Shown: positions 10,756 to 20,736 of the stretch, one piece after another
How positions within the stretch are numbered: the stretch's first letter is position 1
How the letters are laid out: the number at the start of each line of letters is the position of its first letter
From: Folioceros fuciformis
Taxonomy: Eukaryota
NCBI GenBank assembly: GCA_049999805.1
Contig: JBNGIO010006293.1
Span: forward strand, 70,747 to 119,170
Reading direction: 5' to 3'
DNA: 48,424 nucleotides
Position numbers and translations under genes: made by a program
Notes under the pieces: model-generated
Seen by the model: only the letters and a program-made list of their open reading frames with translations
Told to the model about the DNA's origin: nothing
Database searches by the model: none

Positions 10756-11521
10756 AGCTCATCTCCGTCTCACATTCTGGTTTCCCATGAATGTTCTTCC
10801 AACTGCTTCTCCATCATCACTTGTTGTTCCGACCTATATGAAAGTGTACCCTTCTGTGACTGATTAACTTTTGCTTCTCATGTTCCATGTATGGAGACTA
10901 CTTCCAGTAACATACTTACACCATGGTTCAGAATCACGTAGCACACGCCCTGTTGTTATCCTCCTTGTAGCACAAGCCTGCACGATGTCAACACGCATAT
11001 AATTTAATAATACACAGAACTGTTCAACGCCCAGATCTTCATTCTCCAGCACCAAACCTTTCCAAGAGCAGCGGCAATGCTCACATTTACACCACACGCT
11101 TCAAACTGTCCCGTTCCTCCCAGACGCTGCACGTCAGCACGTCGAGTATGTTTCCTTCTTCACATACATTCAAGCCCATCAGATCCTAACACCTCTAGTC
11201 CTAACAAGCTACAGCTTTGCCGTAAGCTGCCCACAAAAAAGTCAAAGTCAGACCATGCATGATCCACAGGTTGACGAAACTGACATAACCCTTGTTTTCA
11301 ACTTTGATTCCGGGAATCTGCAAGGAATCAACATGGACCGCGAACCCAGAAACCACATCGTTCACCTGGCTAGGAAGTCGTGCCCCCCCCTATCCCAACC
11401 AAGCCTATGGTTCAGGAGCACGGATTACCTTCCTGCACCTCTTCACTTCTCTCTAGACTGGCACTCTCCCTTCCAAATGTAGTTGTAAACACCAACACTG
11501 GAAAGCCACACACCCAGGAGA

Positions 11522-11992
11522 ATGGTCACAGCATTCCAGGTCTTCCCAGCCCTGTTCCTGCTCATGGCTATGGCCAGCAGGGGCATCTGTATGCCACCAT
11601 CTGTGCATGGAGGCAATATCATTCCCACAGACTACCGTTTGTTCTCTGGAAATGCTCTATCCCGGGGGAATTTCACCTTGGTCATGCAAAACGACTGCAA
11701 CTTGGTGCTCTACCAATACGAGGGCCGATTAGAGAGGACTGTTTGGTCCACCAAAACATACGGCCAGGGCTCAGATTGCAGCGTGAAGTTGGAAACCCAG
11801 GGCAGGCTAGTACTGCTGGACGGATGGGATCAGTGCAAGTGGGCCAGTCAGAGTACCGCAGATCCAGTCCTAGGTCCTTTCTACTTCAGGCTCAGAGACG
11901 GCCTAGGTGAGCTCGTCTATGACCTTGGAGGCGACTTCTGGTCCACCAAAACCGGTAAAGCCACCACCGAATGCTTGTTTGGTTTATTTTGA
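11522..11992 (+). CDS. Secreted bulb-type lectin 4
   Basis: Signal peptide; one intact QNDCNLVLY site; VWSTKT and KWASQS; clear paralog of lectin 3. Confidence 0.88.
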   Translation: MVTAFQVFPALFLLMAMASRGICMPPSVHGGNIIPTDYRLFSGNALSRGNFTLVMQNDCNLVLYQYEGRLERTVWSTKTYGQGSDCSVKLETQGRLVLLDGWDQCKWASQSTADPVLGPFYFRLRDGLGELVYDLGGDFWSTKTGKATTECLFGLF

Positions 11993-12102
11993 AACGCTAA
12001 CTTGCACACCTTCTGGAATTCATTATCATCACATATTCTAAATTTCTCATAAATTATTAAATAAAAATAATCATCCCAAATTGTATATATTGTCCATAAC
12101 AC

Positions 12103-12202
12103 NNNNNNNNNNNNNNNNNNNNNNNNNNNNNNNNNNNNNNNNNNNNNNNNNNNNNNNNNNNNNNNNNNNNNNNNNNNNNNNNNNNNNNNNNNNNNNNNNN
12201 NN
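12103..12202. other. Assembly gap (100 N)
   Basis: N run; TCCATAACAC occurs on both flanks, suggesting the contigs actually overlap. Confidence 0.95.
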
Positions 12203-12522
12203 TCCATAACACCTTGCTAAACATCCATGTCTTGATTTTCTTTAGACATTATTTTTAATGTTTGCTGTGAAGAGCGGCATTCATAGTAACCATCACTTGA
12301 TATCTGCCATAAATCTATTAAATAATATTACAACTAGAATAAAAAATAATCAGGTTTTTCTTTCTTGATCAATCATTTTTTTTTAAATTTATTTGGTTAT
12401 TTATGATCATAAATTGAATTATTTTTTTCATTTAAAAGCCTATGTAAGTGTAAATAGAATGTAAAGAATCTATTAATCATGAGTCTCATTTACAACAAGG
12501 AAATGGTTAACAAATCTTCATT

Positions 12523-12673
12523 AAACCAAACCAAGGGGCACTACACTTCCCCATTATTATCTATAATGAAGCTCAAACTAAATGGGGGACTACCTCTCCC
12601 TACTATCTACCCTACTATCTATTATGAAGCCCAAACCAAGGAGGACTCGCCTCCCTACTATCTTCTATGAAGC
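12523..12673. repeat. Degenerate ~45-60 bp tandem repeat (about 3 copies) in AT-rich intergenic DNA
   Basis: Recurrent AAACYAA..GG..ACT..CTCCCTACTATCT..ATGAAGC units. Confidence 0.45.
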
Positions 12674-13621
12674 TATATACTACTTACCACCATAAATAAG
12701 ATATTAGGGCATCTTCAAAAGGAAAGAACAAGCCCTTCATAATGGTGAAGAACATGAGCTCTCTTATTTCATCTTATATAGCAATGTTTTACCCACCTTT
12801 TAAACAATGACCTAAGCGCAACCTAAAGTTATAGGAGGGGCCATAAAGTTGTAAGCTATGAGAGGACACTTGACTAGAGGTTAAGCCAAGCTTAGGTGGA
12901 ACCTCCTTATGATAGATAAAGAAGCTAGCAATGCAAATCAATTGGCCTAGATACAAGGCTAGGCCAAAAGCTAGGATAGCCCTGGTCCCTATTGCCAAAA
13001 GCTGGTTTTTAGGGTTTGAGACCAAATCCAGCCCAATAGGAATGGCCTGGTTCTCTATAGTATAAGCTTGTAAATCCTAAACCCAAGCTTCATCATACAT
13101 AGGTTCATACAAATATAATTAGCTAATGATTAAGTCATATTAATAAATAGTATTAAAACTAATTAATAAAATATTTAATTAAATATATAATATAGTATAA
13201 AGTCAACAAGTTAGACATAAAGATAGATGTGTGCATGTGGTTGCAACAAGCTATATAAGCAGTAGGCATAAAACCTTTGCTCAATGGTGTCCATGATAGC
13301 TTTAAGCTTATATTCTTTTTAGCGCATTCTCCTCAATGCATTCTCATGAATGCATCCTCAAAGTGTATTCTCTTGTTGGAAATCGGATTGAGGTGTGTAA
13401 GGTCACGTAACTTGTTTGTAGATTTGAGAAGCGCCAAGCCAAGTCATACCTTTGAAAGGTGTTGATAGAGGTGGGGTAGATTCTTATGGTGTTTGAAAGA
13501 AGCAAATATTTCATTTTTACAAGCTTATACTGCAGAGATTTTGGTTTTTCGATGCCTCTCTCTTCTAGATAGTTCCATTTCATGTGTCAGAAAATAATTT
13601 TCCCTTCATAAATATTTCTTA

Positions 13622-13683
13622 GGCAAGCAAGGGACTCTTTACCTTTGGAGGCGGCAAGCAAGGGACTCTTTACCTTTGGAGGC
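13622..13683. repeat. 31-bp tandem duplication
   Basis: GGCAAGCAAGGGACTCTTTACCTTTGGAGGC x2. Confidence 0.8.
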
Positions 13684-14563
13684 TTGAGAGGCTCTATCTT
13701 CTTTCACCTCCTTCTCTAAGGAAGGGTTGAGGGATCTCCAAGCCTCCTATATATGAAAGGCCCTTTTCTTGGACTCATCCATCTTCATATCTTCTTAGGC
13801 TTATATTTGCTTTTAGTGAGTGCTCTTGGTTAGGAAAGAGAGCAAGCTCTTAGCTATTAGCTCGAGTTTAGGCATTTAAGCATTTTGAATTGCACTGGCA
13901 ACTTTTGCAATGAGATTCCACTAGTGTTTGGCCCACACTTTAGCTTTTTCTCTTTCTAAGTATAGTTTTAGGGTTGTAATCGTCAATGCATGTTCCATCT
14001 CTAGCACATTGCCCTATGAGAGTAGCATATTATCACCTGATAATTCAAAATGTTATGTTCTCGATGGCTAGAGAGTGTGGGTTTCTTCAACAAAGGGAGT
14101 GCCATGTAAAATGGGCAAGAAGGTTCATGAGGATTCGTGCGGATCCTCATGAACCAAGCAATAAAACAAGTTTTGGACACAGAAAATCTAAATCCCCTAG
14201 GCTGGAAAGTTGGCAGGACCAATGTGAACACGGCCTCAGTTCGCCTTGTCCTTCAGAAGTATGTAAGTGGTTGCGGTGTAGCTATTTGGTTGTGCACCGC
14301 TTTGTACGCGCTGTGGCCGGTCTGGGTGGTTGCATACCAAGGCCAGATCTGTCCGCAGGATCCTGCTCCGATCGCGCCTTCACGTTGTGAGTATGCTAGT
14401 TGAGCCGTTTGTGGTGCAGATTCAGTTGGATGCAGTGATGTTTTCGCTGACATCCGGGGCTGAGGGATTGGCATGACTTACGGATGAGCAAGGGTTTGAA
14501 GTAGTGATTCCGCCGGCTTTGGTCTGAGCCTTTTCAGCTGGTTGGGAGTGCAGGTTGTGCGCC

Positions 14564-14818
14564 ATGACAGGTGGGGGCAGTCGCTGGGTAAAGCCCGAGG
14601 TCTATCCTTTGTTCCTGGCGGTGGGAGCTGGAGTGGCGCTGTCCGGTTTCGCAGTGGCCCGCAACTTGACCGCCAATCCTGATGTCAGGGTGAGTAAGGA
14701 AGGCAGAGCAGCGGGTGTTTTGGAGAATTTCAAGGAGGGGAAGATGTATTATGATCACTGGTTCAGGCGATGGGTTAGGGCCTGGGATGAGGAGCAGAAG
14801 TTGAAGGATAAGAGCTGA
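14564..14818 (+). CDS. B12D: B12D / NDUFA4-like mitochondrial protein (84 aa), single coding exon
   Basis: RWVKPEVYPLFLAVG...RNLTANPDVRVSKEGRAAGVLENFKEG..Y..H is typical of plant B12D. Candidate 5'UTR introns 14263-14358 and 14387-14537. Confidence 0.92.
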   Translation: MTGGGSRWVKPEVYPLFLAVGAGVALSGFAVARNLTANPDVRVSKEGRAAGVLENFKEGKMYYDHWFRRWVRAWDEEQKLKDKS

Positions 14819-15546
14819 ACGAATGTTTATCTTCGGTGGAACGGGAATTCGTCTTCGGCGTGGCATGGGTAGCGGCGTTCGTTCTTGGCAGCTTGGGATT
14901 AGGTGTTCGTGTTCCCGGGGCAGCTATCATGTTGCATCAAGTCCTTAGCGATAGCTATTTGGCTTGTGAGGTTCGGTAGAGGTGTGCTGGAAGGAAGGCC
15001 TCGAAAAACCGCCTTGTTTGCAATTTTTGAGGACATTATTCTTCGCACAACTTACTTCTGTATTAATTTCGTGGTGATTTTGTGGCGTTGTCTCCCTGGT
15101 TCTTGCTGGCTGTTGTTTGCCAGCCCCGTAGTGACCTGCTGCGCTGCGGCAGCTCGAGTCTGGCTAGAAGTCAAGCCCCTGCGGTGGCAATCAGCGGATG
15201 TTAGGGGCACCACCGGCTGAAGCACTGGAAGCTTTCGTTTCTGTTATTTTGTTTCTTCTTGTCATTTCTGAATCATGCCAGAGGAATCAATGTTCCATGC
15301 ATTTCACTTGATTCAATATCAGGGCAATGGGCAGAATGTAGAGTTCTCTCGGTGAAAGGGTGTTTCGCTTGATTAGACGGAGCCCTATAAGTCTGCACAC
15401 TTCAGCTGCTCATACTTTCCTGACTGAAGACTCCATATGTAGCACATTCTGGAGCAGAGCTACGGGAATGTGAGTGAGAAAAAAATGAGCTTGTTTAAGG
15501 CTGTTCCCCTTTCTCGGTACGACACAGGTTGGTGCACCTAAGCTTG

Positions 15547-16635
15547 TCAGTTCACAAACTGTACACCGGGAATGCTGCCAAGCCCCTTGTGGAGCTGATT
15601 CGCACATTCTGCAATCAACTTGGACATATTCCTGTAGGATAGATCTGTGACTCCTGCAATGTGAGGGGTCAGCAAAACCTTGGGATGTTGGACAATCGGA
15701 TCTGAAGGGTCAAACGGTTCATACCAAGCAACATCCATGGCCAGGCCACCCAGGTGACCAGAGTCCAAGGCATCCTTCACTGCTTGGTAGTCCAGCAGGC
15801 CCCCTCTGGCAACGTTTATCAGTCTGGCCCCCGGCTTGAAGCTGGCAAGGAGCTTTGCATCCACAATCCCTTGCGTCTCTTTTGTCAGGGTGCAGCAGGT
15901 GAATACGACATCAGCACGGCTGGCGAATCGGTGGAGATCCTGCCTACTGCCTTTCTCGTGGATGATCTGGTCTGACAGTGGTTGGGCACCAGTAGGCTCC
16001 TTGTCCCAAAACTGGCTGATCACCAAAATTCGGACGCCAAACACACTAAGCCGGAGTATGAGCTCCTTGCTGATGTTGCCATACCCGATGATGAGCACCG
16101 TTTTCCCATACAGAGTCTCTCCGACTGGTTCGCCAAGTCTCCGAAGAGAAACGCTTTCCGCCATGGCCTTCTGATCTCTGAGCAGCCCGAAGATGAGATA
16201 CAGCGCGTGCTCTGCACAGGATAGGGCATTGCCCGTCCCGTCACTAGTGATTTTGGCCACCTTGATTCCTCTGTGGCTCGCCGCCGGAACGTCCACCCCT
16301 TCCAGACCTACGCCGTACTGGATTATAAGCTTGAGGTGTTTCGCACGGGCGATGACAGCCTCATCCAGAACAGCCATTCTCACAACGCACATGTCATAGT
16401 CAGAAATTCTGCCAGGCACATCCTCCCGTGGACAAAAGTCGATCTTCACGTGCGGGAAGGGCTTTACAGCTTCTTGCGTGAACTCAACAGCTGCAGGGAA
16501 CTCCACACCGCAGAAGAGCACCTTCACCAAAGCTTCCTCTGGACTTGTGCTCTCATCTGCACTTGCCGACGGTGCAATAGCCTGCCAGCTGCCACGGCAT
16601 CGTGGTGCATCCTCCTCCCGGATTGCAGTCACCAT
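15547..16635 (-). CDS. D-isomer-specific 2-hydroxyacid dehydrogenase (At1g72190-like, from memory), single coding exon; first in-frame ATG 16635, ORF open further upstream
   Basis: VLFCG, QYGVGLEGVD, GNALSCAE, Rossmann GYGNIS, INVARG, DVAWYEP and TPHIAG catalytic motifs. Confidence 0.92.
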   Translation of the reverse strand: MVTAIREEDAPRCRGSWQAIAPSASADESTSPEEALVKVLFCGVEFPAAVEFTQEAVKPFPHVKIDFCPREDVPGRISDYDMCVVRMAVLDEAVIARAKHLKLIIQYGVGLEGVDVPAASHRGIKVAKITSDGTGNALSCAEHALYLIFGLLRDQKAMAESVSLRRLGEPVGETLYGKTVLIIGYGNISKELILRLSVFGVRILVISQFWDKEPTGAQPLSDQIIHEKGSRQDLHRFASRADVVFTCCTLTKETQGIVDAKLLASFKPGARLINVARGGLLDYQAVKDALDSGHLGGLAMDVAWYEPFDPSDPIVQHPKVLLTPHIAGVTDLSYRNMSKLIAECANQLHKGLGSIPGVQFVN

Positions 16636-17875
16636 CCTCAGCAGCGCTCTGGGCCTGGCACACCCCGCCTCCAATGATCGGCGTGTACAAGACGCAGATT
16701 TCGCAAACACGTCCAGCTGCTGCAAAGCGCAATTCTGTCAGTACGTGTACAGGGGCTGGAAACCTAAACAGAGCGGCTGTCGTTATCAGCGAGATCGAGC
16801 TTAGCTCACTCGCATCATCGCTTGCCCCAGATGCTGAATATCGCTGGTTTCGCTGCGTAGCAAAACGTCGCGCAAGGTCCGTATCCTCATTCTGAACTCT
16901 CCACCTCTGGACGAGGGGCGTGCAGGCAAATGTGTCCAAAGCATGTTTGATTTTGGTTCGAATCGCATGATGGCTTAGTGGAAACGGACACAATTTATGA
17001 GTATATGGGATTAAGCATCTTGCACTGAAATTCTACTAAGATAGATGGCAAAGGTAAAGGATTCCTTTCTTTGGAACAAGTAACTAGGTATACCACAGAA
17101 TGATTATAAGTACCAAAGTCTCATGACAAAAATTAGTGCTTAGTCTAATAGATTTCATCCCCACAATCTTCCTTCTTTGCCACCCTCACATTTGGGGCAC
17201 TCAAATGCCTTTCCACCCACAAATTCATGCGTAATTCTCATGTCTTGCCATCCCCACAAAGTGAGGGGCACCTATGGATCACTTATTCTTGACTTGAGGT
17301 GTATTGTGTTTTTGTTGTATATGAAGAATCACCTCCTTTCCTAGACAAGAGGAATCATCTTCTTTACTCGAGAAAAACAAAATGGGAAATTCATCTACCT
17401 TGGATGAGATGAGATGGGTTTAGGGTTTAGGGAGACAAACCACCTAGGTGATTGGGTTACTTGGGACTACTAGCCTTAAAGCTGCTGAACCTGTAAACTA
17501 CCAATAGCACCCAAGATACCATTGTTCATGAAGAGGAAGGGTTTACTTACCATTGGAATTGTTGACACTTGCCTCCTTGTCATTGTGGTTGTCTTTGTAT
17601 GGAACTGACAAATGCCGCACTATAGTGCAATGGAAACCCTCTTAATGAAAGAACACTACAATACACTCAACAAAGAAAGACCAAGCATGTGTTTACTTGT
17701 TGTAAATCACTTTAGTGTAGGTCATCAAAAACTTGAAAAATGCCTTGCACATATCTTGATGGCAAGGAGAACAAAGAAGTGTCCAACCTTCAAAGGGGTG
17801 TACTTGTGAAGTTTGGCCAATGCGCTCCCCTTGAGTGTTCAACCTAAATAGTTGACAACAACTTGCTCCCGAACT

Positions 17876-18640
17876 AAGACCAATGTAAAATTTGTTACAA
17901 TCGTGTCTACACCAAGAAACTAGATTGAGACCAGTGTAGGGTCTATTACAACCACATATGCAATAGAAACCAGATTAAGACCAGTGTAGGGTCTATTACA
18001 ACCACATATGCAATAGAAATCAAATTGAGATCAGCTTTGGATCTACTACAACCATGTATGCAATAGAAACTAGATTAAGACCAATGCAGGGTCCATTATG
18101 GTCATGTCTGCAATAGAAACTAGATGGAGACTAAACGTAGGGAGACTAGCGTAGGAAGCCAAATTGAGATGAATGTGGGATCCACCATGTCTGCAATAAA
18201 ATCCAAACTGAGACCAATGTGGCGTTTGCCACATCTGCAATAGAAACCAAAGTGAGACTAATGTGGTGTGTGCCATGTCTGCGATAGAAACCAAATTGAG
18301 ACCATTGTGGGGTTCGTTACGACCACATTTGCAATAGGAACAAGATTGAGACCAATGCGAGGTTCGTTCCGACCACATTTGCAATAGGAATAAGATTGAG
18401 ACGAATGTGAGGTTCGTTCCGACCACATTTGCGATAGGAATAAGATTGAGACCAATGTGGGGTTCGTTACAACTACGTTTGCGATAGAAACCAAATTCAG
18501 ACCACTACGGGGTTCGTTACGATAAGATATGCAATCGAAACCAAACTAAGACCAATGTGAGGCCGTTATGACTACATATGCAATAGAAACCAAATTGAGA
18601 CGAGTGTGTAGTCCGTTACAAGCATGTCTGCAATAAAAAC
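17876..18640. repeat. Minisatellite, about 15-16 copies of a 50-bp unit (central copies 39-44 bp)
   Basis: The anchor GCAATAGAAAC(C/T)ARATTRAGACCAATGT recurs at ~17960, 18010, 18060, 18110, 18149, 18193, 18237, 18281, 18331, 18381, 18431, 18481, 18531, 18580 and 18630. Confidence 0.92.
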
Positions 18641-19254
18641 TTGTTCTCTTTGGAAAAAAAAGGTAAGCCCGGAGTATATGGCCACTTCCAAGATGGTTGT
18701 ATTTGTGGTCATTTATATGTACATATAAAGCCATTTATGTGATTTATGGAGGAATGTTTTAGCGTTCATTAAGGCTAATGGTAAAGCTAGCAAATGTGGT
18801 AGGCTTCCTTTTTAAGCTATAAAATATATTCCATGCTTTGTGAACGGCAGAAAACATTGTAAATATAAATATCAAAACAATTTTAAACACAAAGAGATAA
18901 ATAAGTTTTCCGTTATTCCCTAATGATTTGAGAGCTTATTAGTTTACAAATACGTTCAAAATAAAAAAATTTCATCCGATGCAATGCAGTAACGGGTTGA
19001 GTCCCAACTATAACCCGATGCAAATGCGGAGAATTAGGCTGGCAGGAGCATCGACCGCAAAGAGAGCAACCCTATCCAATCGTCCCTCTTGGCTCTCTAT
19101 CCTGTCACTTTGCGAAAGAGAGCGAGCGAGCCCAGGCTGCACAGTGCTGCAGCGGTGAGGACGAATCCGGCTCGGCACTTCGTGCATTTGCGTTGCCATT
19201 GCCCATTCCCCCGCGTGCCCCGGGACCAGCAGTGAGCTCGGAGCAGCAGCAGCG

Positions 19255-19830
19255 ATGGCGGCAGCCGCGCAGGCGTCTCTGGCCAGCGGCCGCCTGGTGT
19301 CCAGCCAGAGCAGCCGGCTGTGCATCAGTAGCAGCAAGGGCCAGCACCTTGGCGTGGCGGTGAGAGCGCCGGCAATGCCGGCGATGCGGGCCACCAGGCC
19401 CGCGGGAGGGGCGCTCAATGTGGCGGCTACAGCGACCGTGGACGTGGAGAAGCTGGACCGGCTGGTGGATCTCGTGAAGGCACTCACCCTGGCGGAGGCC
19501 AGAGTGCTGACGGACAGGCTGCAGGAAGAGCTCGGAGTGAGCGCGGCAGCATTCGCTCCCGCCGCGGTTGGCGGCGCGGCGGCTCCGGCCGAGGCTGCGC
19601 CGGTCGTGGAGGAACAGACAGAGTTCGACGTGCTGCTGGAGGAGGTACCGAGCTCTGCTAGGATCGCTGTCATCAAGGTTGTGCGCGCTCTCACCAGCCT
19701 AGGGTTGAAGGAGGCCAAGGACCTCATCGAGGGTCTGCCAAAGAAGGTGAAGGAGGCGGTGTCCAAGGATGATGCGGAAGACGCAAAAAAGCAGTTGGAA
19801 GCCGCCGGCGCCAAGATCAGCATCAAGTGA
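19255..19830 (+). CDS. RPL12: Plastid 50S ribosomal protein L12 with transit peptide
   Basis: Ala/Ser/Arg-rich N-terminus; [51 protein letters not shown]. Confidence 0.96.
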   Translation: MAAAAQASLASGRLVSSQSSRLCISSSKGQHLGVAVRAPAMPAMRATRPAGGALNVAATATVDVEKLDRLVDLVKALTLAEARVLTDRLQEELGVSAAAFAPAAVGGAAAPAEAAPVVEEQTEFDVLLEEVPSSARIAVIKVVRALTSLGLKEAKDLIEGLPKKVKEAVSKDDAEDAKKQLEAAGAKISIK

Positions 19831-20736
19831 TTAACCTTTCAGCTGCATCTCCTCCCCGCCGCCCCGCTCGCACCACCCGCGGGTCGGGTTTGGTCTGCGC
19901 CTGAGCCGCCATTGCTGCCTCTTCAACCACTTCCTACAGCAGCCTGAGAGCGTTAGTCACGCTAGAATGTAGGATTAGATATCCTAAGTTAGAGAAGTGA
20001 TGCTGCGGGACGAGTGTCCCCAAGGTAGGCACGCTCTTTTCTGTTCAAAGAGGACTTGTTGTTTGCCACGGTGAAGGATGGTGCGGGCATGATGTGCAGG
20101 AGGTTGAAGTTCTGGCTTGGGAAACACCCTTCTCTGAGTATCAGTAATTGGTTCTTGTTGGTGAGCTTGCTGAGTAGATAATACAGCTGTGCGCAAGCAT
20201 GGTAGCACGACATCTTCTCAAATTTGCAAATTCGTGTGCATGCTCTCGGTTCTTCACATTTGCCTCCAGTCCGATTTGATTGCAGACTATCAAAGCCGTG
20301 CTTGGTTGGCAACTTTTATCGTCCAAGGTACTCATACCATTTACAAAACTCTTTTCCTGGAAGTTTGCACATTCTTGAATTGGAAAGGTTGGTGAAATGG
20401 GTGCCGCCGGATCCAGGTCTGAAACCCTAAAAGTGAGCCACCCGTCTACGCAATTGGTGTTCGCACTTGGAGATGTGTTACAGCTGCTTACATTTCTCAC
20501 CAGTAAAGTCACACGAGGTCCAGACAGATGGCACTCTGGTGGCAGATGGTTCGCCCCCTTTGCCTCAGGAGCACTGGTTTCAAGCCGTCAAGGCCAGCCA
20601 GATTGTAGTGAGTATGGCAGTGTAGTGAAGGGACCCGACGCTCTCACCTTCGAAGCAGGGCGAAAATCTCAGAGGCTTGGGCTCCTTTGTGCAATTTGTA
20701 GCATAGTGCGGACTTTGCAGGACGCGGGGACTGAAA

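Noticed and set aside
17876-18640. CRISPR-like appearance (regular spacing, conserved block ending in GAAAC)
   Set aside because: The 'spacers' are homologous to each other, the repeats are degenerate, there are no cas genes and the context is eukaryotic. It is a minisatellite.
19008-19826. 272-aa antisense ORF over RPL12; similar long antisense ORFs lie over the LRR gene (24340-25575) and RBR (6195-6809)
   Set aside because: These are shadow ORFs caused by GC-rich codon usage of the real genes.
19989-20650. Minus-strand Cys-rich peptide with splice-like signals between RPL12 and QTRT2
   Set aside because: It needs a ~51-nt intron, has no convincing start and matches no recognised family. 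The plus-strand UTR-intron reading is more coherent, though the minus reading is not excluded.
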